Positions 55,061-64,000 of a DNA stretch of 64,000 bases are shown here, one piece after another. A program made the position numbers and the translations under genes. Each line of letters opens with the position of its first letter. The first letter of the stretch is position 1. Source of the stretch: Paragordius varius (Eukaryota > Animalia > Nematomorpha); contig OZ176052.1 in the NCBI GenBank assembly GCA_964247055.1, positions 682,001 through 746,000 on the forward strand, read 5' to 3'. The notes under the pieces were generated by a model. The model was given only the letters and a program-made list of their open reading frames with translations, did no database searches and was not told where the DNA came from.

Positions 55061-55539
55061 TTTGAATGGTCCGATTTTTGGCACTTGATTGTTACATACA
55101 CTTTTATTCTACTTTTAATTTACTTTTATCCGATGTATCTCTGATTTTGCGTGAGTCTCAGGAGGTTGGAATCATACATCTGGTTTTTTTTCTTCTGTCG
55201 GTTTTAATGTGGTTCCGACGGGTGGTATTGTTCGACAAGGGTGTGTTGCATAGCGTAGGAGGATGAAATTATTTACCATTATTTTCACACTCTGCCAAGA
55301 GAGTGTGCAGGAGCCAGAAAGATCTTTATAGTTACGGCAGTCTATGGACAACTTGGCACACAGCTGAAGAAAACAGGATGTGAATATATGTGTGCACAAC
55401 CTATCACGCCAAGTAGGTACCTAGACCGTATAGGCAAATAGCTAGTACAGCTCTATGGCCTTTCAAACCATTTAGTGGGCAATCAGCTCTCCGTGTCTTC
55501 TGCACGGATGATAAGGTTTTCCTACGAAGATCACACCGC

Positions 55540-56070
55540 ACACTTATGTGCCTGTAAATGGCAAAAATTTAGGTCGTGATTTTTAAAATAGCCGTTAATA
55601 TGCCCTGGCCCTGAAAAATAGGCCACCATAGAATGATTATTCATTTTGGAGGCAATTTTTCCAAAAACTAATGAGAGCATATGGAGACAATCGTGATTCC
55701 AGGTATTCTCCGTAAAAAGGCAAAAAAAAATATTGAGCACTTTTTTGTATCAGGCTCTGGGTAGGGAGCTATCCGCCTAAAACTGCGCCACTATATCGAA
55801 ATAGCGTTGTTTAGGAGTTAATTTCAAAAACGTATCAGGCCATATAAGTTTAATAAGGGCCTGTACCCGTAAATAGGCAAAAATTTTAGTAGAGTGGTTT
55901 TATTAAATTACTCCTTAATTAGGCCCTTGCCCTGAAATATGCACCACCATAGAATGACTTTTTGATTTTGAGGCATTTTTCAAAACTCCCACGAGAGCAT
56001 ATCAATCATAATTCCAGATATTAACTAACTTAAGGCAAAAATTTTAATCGGGTGTTTTTTGTTTCACCCT
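55540..56070. repeat. Diverged tandem duplication, about 315 bp period
   Basis: ccctgaaa..ccaccatagaatga..gaggca..gagagcata..attccag..aaggcaaaaa at about 55605 and 55930. Confidence 0.7.
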
Positions 56071-57405
56071 CCTCAAATTTTAGTCGCATTTATCAGCTTA
56101 GTTGAAGTAATAGGATTCTTGGATTTTTGGTTTTTCCTAACCTTGGCCACTTCATTCTGTAGGAAACGTTTGCAAACACGTTCACGATAAGGAATACTGT
56201 TGTATGTAAAACAATTTTCTGCTAAATAGATGCTCTTAACAATTTGGTATATCTTTTGTACCTGTAATAGCATAGTCGGATCGTTAAATGTATTGCAACG
56301 TTCATGTGTATTATATCAAATATCAGTATAATTTTGCCATACTGCCTTAATGATATGAACTCGTAATGATGTTATTTGTAGCTAGGAATCATTCTTCTAT
56401 TGATATCTAAAAACTATTTGGAATCAGCGTTAGGTCTTAGCAAATTATTTAATATCAGGATTGGTGAGATAGGCACTTTACATATGACAACGCAGGGTTA
56501 TTTTATAATTCTACGGCATTACAAAATGGACAAATTACACCTATTTAAGCTATCAACTGCATCACAGGTTATGCATTAATATACAATATATAGGAATTTT
56601 ACAAATGTGTAAGTCAAACTTCTTTACTCCATAAGGACAAAATTATACATGTTTTTTTTATTATTTATATACTCGATAAATAATTTTTTTACCCTTAAAC
56701 CCGCTTGACAATATGTTTTTGAGACTATTTTTTGCCATAATCATGAGACCCTAATAAATTAATTAGGAGTGCAGATCGTTTATAAAGGCTTGCCCCTTAC
56801 CCCCCCCCCCCCCCAGAATCCGAAGGACTTCCTTGGGCTGCGTAGAGCCCGAGATTTAAATTAGTATCTTTAATATATTCCATATATTAACTTTGTTTTA
56901 CACACCAGGGATCGTCAAGTACCCTAATTTAAACAAAGGGCGTGAGAACATGATTTATTTTTAAAATAGATTTTCTTCAAACTAAATATTAATCAAAAGA
57001 AAATGGATATTTATTTTAATTGGAGCTATTGCATGATTTTAATTTATTCTCATTGAATGTTTTACTAATTGCAAAATAATATCCTTATTTCTTTTTAACA
57101 TTTATGGATATTTGTGTTTTTTTGCACGATTAATTTTGCATTTCATCGCTTTTAATCAAAATTTTTTTAATATGGTTATAACGGTGTTAATTGCAAAATC
57201 ATACTTTGTCACAATTGATAAGCCATTATGTATCTATATAAATTTATTTTTTAATTTAAATTTATCATTCTTACCCAACATAAAAATTTAATTTTAAATT
57301 TCGCCGATAGGCATAGCGGGCAATAATTAGCAATCATAATTATATAACCTTTTTGATTTTGTATATCAATTTTCTCTTCTCTTCTATTTTCATCCTATAA
57401 AATCA

Positions 57406-60400
57406 ATGCAAAAATTAAACAATTCCCTTGTGATTGTATTGGGTTTTCTGGTCATTGGATGTCTCATTGTAGGAAATGAAAGCCAAACTCAAATAACTAT
57501 AACGGTTCAAAGATCAAGAACTGTAAGACCTCCCCCTCCTCCTAGACCACCACACGGTATATCACTTATTTAATTTTGATTATATACATGCAGTCAGTAA
57601 AAATTTATTAAATTATCCTCAGGCAAAACGTAAAACTAAATGACAAATATTTTCGGTTCAAAAAAATAACCACCATACTTTTTTCTCAATTTTATATATA
57701 TACCATTTACAATTCATATTCACTATTGAACAATTGAAAAGCACTCTCGAACAATTCGAATTCACCCTAAAAATAAATTGTGTTTCGGAGCTAATAAAAC
57801 TCATTATTATTATTAATATGAAATATATCTTAATGTCAGTTTATTATTTTTGTAATACTATTTTAATTTTAAATAAAATTTCATTTTTACAATATATATG
57901 CAATTTTAAATCTTAGAAAACACTCAATTTATTTTAGGGTGAATTTGAATTTAAGGGTGTAAATGGTATATATGTATATGTATTCTACTATTTAATTACG
58001 ATTGTAAAATATATAATTCATTGTGTTATACCAATTTGAATATACAGTGTGAGTAAGTATACATTGCTAGAAAGTTATGAATTATTGCCAAATAGTAAAT
58101 ACAACAACAAAGGGCAGTATTATTGTCTAATATTAGTAATAAAAGAAAAAAATAACTATGAGACAATAACACTGCCCTTTGTTGTATTTACTATTTGGCA
58201 ATAATTAATATCTAGCAATGTGTACTTTACTCATACTGCATCTATTACATACTTTGCAGTTTAAAACAATGATTTATCTATCTTTAAAAAAACAATTTTC
58301 GATTAATATATATACAGTAAAAATTGTAATTATACGGACAAAACGTTATAATATAAGACAAACATTTTGTTCTAAAAGACAAACATACTTTTCAAAACCT
58401 TAATTTTTCTCATATAAGCTATTTAGTAACAATAGCAAAATATAGAAGTGATTGTTTTAGTGTTGATATCTATTTCACACTTTGCCATTTAAAATAATAA
58501 GTTATATTGGTATAAATCCAGATTTAAAAAGTATGGTTGTCTTTTAGAAAAATATATTTGTCTTTATATTTTTACTTTTTGTCCGTATAATTTCATGTAT
58601 ATGATTTGGTTTAGGGTGTTCGTCAATATGTAGAATGTATTGTCCGAATGGATTTGTTAAAGACGCCCGTGGTTGTGATATTTGCGAATGCCGAGGAGGT
58701 AAAAAAAATAGCAAAAAATATTTTATGTCTTAATCTCAAAAATCATCAATCATAACCCACAAATTAGAAATGGGTTTTTAATTACCGCAAGCTTCTAAAA
58801 ATGTGTCCTTTGCTCTCAATACTTATACAGTCATGTCGGTTCATAAATGTCAAACATACGTTTTTAATTGTAGGCTATTATTATTTTAAGGCTTAATGAT
58901 GTTGAAAGTTGACATATCAGACATCATAACAATTAAAAACAAAGTAAAATCAATTAAAAACGTATGTTTGACAATTCTAAACATGCATAACTGTAAAGAG
59001 CATTATCATTTTGATTGGTTTGTTATTCCTAAGTTGTAAACTCTTTGGATATAATTACCGCTATAGATTTCCATTTTTTTCTATCTTTTACCACTACATT
59101 GAGATCGTTCTATATCATCTTAGTCTCATATTTTATCATATCCAACCACCTCATCGGTGGTCGGCTTCGATTCCTTTGTTTTACTACCATCCTAAACATT
59201 GTACCTTTCTCTAGAGAATTCGATCGCATGACATGACCAAAATAAGTTAACGTTCTTTTTAGAATTATTTCCAGGGTATTTGTTTTAGGAATTATTTCTG
59301 TAGTTAGGTTTCCATTTTTAATTTCATTGTTTCAGGTGTATCCTAGCATCTAACGTCAAAGCTTCTTTCAAAAGCCATGAGCCTTTCTTTGTCTCTTTTT
59401 CTGAGAGTCCAACTCTCACATCCATATGTGGTGACCGGGAGAACGAAACAGTAGAGTAATCTTTTTTTGGTTTCAACTCCTACGCTTTTGTTTTTCCAAA
59501 TCTTTATTAATTTGGTCATCGTTTCTCTACCCAATCCTATTATCTTTCTGATGTCAGGAGTTGAAGAGCTATCCTCAGGAATTATAGCACCCTAAAACGT
59601 TAATTAATTAACTTCTTCTATTTTCCCTATAATGGTTGTTTAAAATGTTCAATTATAGTAAAAAATGGTTTGAGAGATACAAAATATATTATGCAGTATG
59701 CATTTTAATGGTTGCTTATTTCACATACTATATAGTAGGAGGGCATTTGCAGCGCAAGAGTGTACGGAAAAGTAAGGATAATTGTTTATTCAACAATTTG
59801 TTTTATTTTCCCATCATTACTGTTGTGTTGCAAATTGCCCATCTATAGTGTAAAATGAGCAACCATCAAAATGCATACTGTAAATTGTCACCATAGTCAA
59901 AAATCTCTTTTTTGTAAAGTGGTGGATAATCTCATTTTTACCATGCTTGTAATTGCTATAGGTATGTCCCTCTACCATTATTTCACTGTAAATTACACTC
60001 CTTTGCCCTACTATAGTGTGAAATGAGCAACCATTAAAATGCATACTGTATAATTTTACTTTACGTTTTTACGCGTTATCAAACAATTGTAGACCTTTGC
60101 TCATTATGCGAGTATGACACTCATTGATAGTTTTTTTCAATGATATTTTTATGGATCGTAAGACTAAACAAAAAAGAGTTACGTTTATGTTTGTGAAATG
60201 CTAACAAGATATTTAAAAAACTGCTTAACAATTATTGATATAAATAATTTTTAGAAAAACTTATCACAGGGATGCCAAAAAATTAATATAATATAACTAT
60301 GATCGGCACGGCCAATAAATAAATCATAAGGAGCCATTTTAAATTTTGAATGGGCCTTAAAGTTTTCCAAAAAATTGTTTGATTGATACAAATCTACTTT

Positions 60401-61200
60401 TGTAGTATTTAGCCATTATAATACAATTTACACATGGCTAATTAATATTATTTTTAAAATTCCAACATCTCCCTATATTAGCTATGCTATTCTATTTCAT
60501 ATTGACCAAAATATAACGTAAATTAATGAACTGAATTTTTCATATGTAAAAAATAGGCTTAAAAATAATTTTAAATAAACCACCCAATTGTGTGTTAGAT
60601 ACGTGTTTGATTGTTTAACACCTTTTGGGGTAGTTTTATACCCCAGAGTATTTTATTCAAAAATCTCTTAAAAACTATTTAGGGTTTTAAGCTTTATGCA
60701 AAAAATATGCATTCTTTAGCCTTTTAGGTGCATTATGTGGTAAAATTGTCAAAAAATCATCATCTCAAACATCGGCGGCATTTTTATAAAATTTTTCATT
60801 AATCCTTAATGCAACACGCTTATAAATGTATTATGGAAACAAGTAAATAAATCAACTTAAAAAAAGGTTTCAGATTACATTTAACCACAAATTCTTGATA
60901 TATTTTAATATAAGCTGTTCGTTTTGATCGTGTTTTGGAGGTGTCTAAATCTTAGATACTAAACACAAATCTGTAAAAATATAAGCTTTTTTATCTAATA
61001 CATGAGGAAAATGTTTGATAATTAAATTTAAACTGAAATAACTTACAAAACAGTCGTTTTTCTAAATCGAGGTCTGGGATATAAAACTACCCCAATATTT
61101 CATCGCGGAATAATAGGTGAAAAGGTCATGAAGTGGTAAAAGAGACAAACTAGCTAACCATATTATTTAAACCATAATTTTTCTATTAAACTTTTGTTAA

Positions 61201-61249
<49 letters not shown>

Positions 61250-61556
61250 CATTGTTTCACCAATTTATTTTACACACTCTACTTTTATTTTAATGAGTTT
61301 GTAACATTTTAAAAAAAAGCTTAAAAAGCGGTCTTTAACATAAAAAATTGTTATGTTATTACATTATTTCTTTGGAATTTAAATATTTACCCCATATTTT
61401 TTTTCCATAGGAGGAGGAGGTGGTGGTGGAAGGCCTGGGGGTCGACCAAATCCTGGCCCTAATCGCCAATGTCCCGTAATAAGAAACTGTCCTGGGAATT
61501 GTGTTCAGAATCGTGGCAATGAATGCCCTATTTGCAGATGTCCACCCAGAGGATAA
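57406..61556 (+). CDS. Small secreted antistasin-domain protein with Pro-rich and Gly-rich segments
   Basis: Exons 57406-57556, 58615-58698, 61411-61556; signal peptide, RPPPPPRPPH, CSSICRMYCPNGFVKDARGCDICEC, poly-G linker, CPVIRNCPGNCVQNRGNECPICRC, ends PRG; 126 aa. Confidence 0.85.
57703..57966. mobile_element. Foldback MITE family B
   Basis: TA-ccatttacaattc ... gtgtaaatgg-TA. Confidence 0.88.
58045..58238. mobile_element. MITE family E
   Basis: TA-cagtgtgagtaagtatacattgctaga ... tctagcaatgtgtactttactcatactg. Confidence 0.8.
58315..58595. mobile_element. MITE family A, right tip truncated
   Basis: TA-cagtaaaaattgtaattatacggacaaaacg ... tttgtccgtataatttca. Confidence 0.85.
59030..59590 (-). 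mobile_element. RTE-clade LINE 3' fragment
   Basis: KRLLYCFVLPVTTYGCESWTL; HVMRSNSLEK..RSRPPMRWLD..KDRKKW. Confidence 0.85.
59694..60048. mobile_element. MITE family D with duplicated right arm
   Basis: cagtatgcattttaatgg ... aaaatgcatactg-TA at 59880 and again at 60048. Confidence 0.85.
60625..61097. mobile_element. Family C-related element
   Basis: ggggtagttttatacccc and inverted gggatataaaactacccc; left part also at about 15428-15530. Confidence 0.6.
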
Positions 61557-62911
61557 ACTTTGAAAAAAAAATAAAAAATAAAACTACCGGGTTTTAAGAC
61601 GACCTACAAATTGCATATTTTTACATATATATATATATATACATAGTACATAAAATATTACTAAAATTACTTTACCATTTTTTATTTGTCAAATATAGAT
61701 GTAGGTCAAAACAAGCGTTTTTAAATCATAACTATTATTACAATATTTGGTATTGATAGACATTGTAACTATTAGAAATAAAAATCTCAATTAAAAAATA
61801 AATATATACAAATATTTAAGCAATATTTATTGATGAGAGCATCGGCCAAAATTAAAAATAAACATAATTTACAATTTTCCATTTTTGCAGTTTTAATTAT
61901 TGCTTAACGTAATAAAGATTAAAGTATTTTTAGCCGTAGGAATTAATTAAATTGATTTTTTAATGTTAGGAGCTAACCAAAAATATTGATATGACACTTT
62001 TATCCAAAACTAACACTTTAAAATTACTTGGATTTTTTTTAAATTATTTATTCGCATTTTTGTAATTGAAATTTATTTCAATAAATGTTTTTTCGATAAC
62101 CAGTAACCCAGTAGGCCTCACCAAATTGAAAACAAAAATTCTTGCGTCCCCCTCATAAAAATCCAAATTAAAAATGGTTATATTATAAAATTTTAAAAAT
62201 CCCAGTCAATGAGATCCTTACATCTGCATTTTAAGAAATTTTTCCCATATATGACAAATCTTAATGATATTCTCACCGGAAATTCTTGAATTCGTATCTA
62301 TTAATATTTAATAAAATTTTCTGAATTTTTCGCGCCCTTATATTTTCCTAAGACCCCGTTAACTTATTCCGGGAGCCACTGAAGTAATTATTGCGAAGTG
62401 TCAAAGTTGATTTAGTAAAATATTCGAAAACACTATACATAAAATTATTTTCATACAGTTATCATCCTTCTTATTAAATTTATAAAAATCTTTAGATCAA
62501 AATATAATCAAAAGCTAAATATAAAAATATCCATAAAATATTTCTACTTTTGGCATGATAAAAATTTTAAATAAAATTTTAGGGGCTAAAAACATATTTT
62601 TTGCGATTCTTCAGCTATTTATTCTTAATGAACTGAAAAGGCAATTTATGATTTTATTGGTTAAAATTACAGATACTTTTGAAGTTATTATTTGATGTAG
62701 CTTCGGTTTCGAATTTTCGCAAACGTGGTAATATAATTAAGAGAAACATTTCACCTTTTCAATTATTTAAATGAAGATATTTTGGGGTAAGTTTACTGAA
62801 ATTTTAAGTTGTTTTGGTTAGGTTATTTATTAGACATTCTTCTCTTTTATTAATAAACTAAAATATTAATAGTTTTTAAATATTAAATGGATAGCTTCGA
62901 ATTCCGTTTAA

Positions 62912-63418
62912 CACTTCGAAATTAAGGTATCTAAACGCCCCAGGCATTATTTAATTTCTATAAAACTATTGAAAGAAACGGTTCCAATTTAAATTGCTTC
63001 TAATAAAAATAATATTAAGACAAAATTTAAAAAAAAATTTCGTATTAAACTACTTGGACGCCCATTTTTATTTACAACATTTTTGCAAAATATCGTGTTT
63101 ATTTGATTCTAAGACTAAAATTTAGTTTAATTTTATATAATCAGATTTAACATTGCTATAAAAATGGTATATTTTGTATTATTTTTTTATTTACCTATCA
63201 CACACATGAGATGTTTGCTAAATTTTTCCCTTTGGGTTTTACCCTTGAAAAAGAAATATCAAGTTTTGAACGAATCTTTTTTTAGATTTCGGTTCATTAA
63301 TCTTATATAAGTGCAAAATTTTGCCATGGTTTCCCATATTTTTTGAAATATTTAATTTTAAACAAGCCTGGTAATATAACTACCCCGAACCAGGACCGAA
63401 ATGAATTGTATCCAACTG
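62912..63418. mobile_element. MITE family C with TTAA flanks
   Basis: TTAA-cacttcg ... gtatccaactg-TTAA. Confidence 0.82.
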
Positions 63419-63488
63419 TTAATTGAAACAAATAGCTGGTTTTAAAATTAATAATAAAATATTTTTATGATTTTTCTAGTTAATTTAA

Positions 63489-64000
63489 CACTTGAATACA
63501 ACACATTTATTTTATCCTTCAAATATTGGGATCGTTGGATACCCCAAGCCTGTTTAAAATTAAATTTTTAAATAAATATGGAAGGAATTGAAACCATGGC
63601 AAAATTTTGCACTTATATAACATTAATAAACCGAAATATAATATTTTTAATTCCAGAATACTTGTTATAAAGGTAAAAATTTAGTCAACGTGACATGTGT
63701 GCAATGATAAAAAACAAAATAAAGCCCTTTTGCTATTTCTATCAGTGTTAGATGTATTTCTAAAACCCAAAGGTAAAATTTAGTTAACGTGACAAGTGTC
63801 CAATGGTAAAATTATACAAAATAAACCCCTTTTTCTATTTCTATCAATGTTAAATGTATTTCTAATAAAAAAAGCTTCAATTTTACGGTAAAAATTAAGT
63901 GAAGACGATATTTTGCAAAATTTTAAATTAAAAAGACCTTTAGGTAGTTTGACATGGAACTTTTTTTCAAAACGAAATTTTATTTAGAAATATTGGTTTA
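63489..64000. mobile_element. MITE family C, opposite orientation, runs off-window
   Basis: TTAA-cacttgaatacaacac; internal about 100 bp tandem duplication at 63670-63860. Confidence 0.8.

Noticed and set aside
56073-56640. Possible transposase remnant on the minus strand
   Set aside because: Broken frames with no diagnostic motif; cannot be supported without a search.

Overview
Very AT-rich genomic DNA from an invertebrate animal; no prokaryotic features. Seven spliced protein-coding genes can be rebuilt by hand with phase-consistent GT-AG junctions: ZC3H15 (-, runs off the left edge), Rab5 (+, head-to-head with ZC3H15), COX8 (-, absent from the ORF track), a Kv2/Shab channel (-), IMPAD1/BPNT2 (-), a 17-exon GluN1-type NMDA receptor subunit (+) and a small secreted antistasin-domain protein (+). 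There is one isolated 5S rRNA gene. Introns and intergenic DNA are filled with at least five MITE families (three TA-CAGT Tc1/mariner-like, one foldback family that spawns 20-22 bp satellite arrays, one TTAA-flanked piggyBac-like) and decayed RTE-type LINEs. Most notable: (1) obligatory 25-34 nt introns alongside kb-size introns that look like tiny introns inflated by MITE stacks; (2) serial duplications of exon 3' end plus GT donor into the intron in three separate genes, with no acceptor counterpart seen; (3) an IMPAD1 intron whose only usable donor is a MITE terminus; (4) a GluN1 with substitutions at three glycine-contacting residues; (5) a structured ~100 nt repeat at the LINE 5' end. All analysis was by eye; repeat boundaries are approximate.
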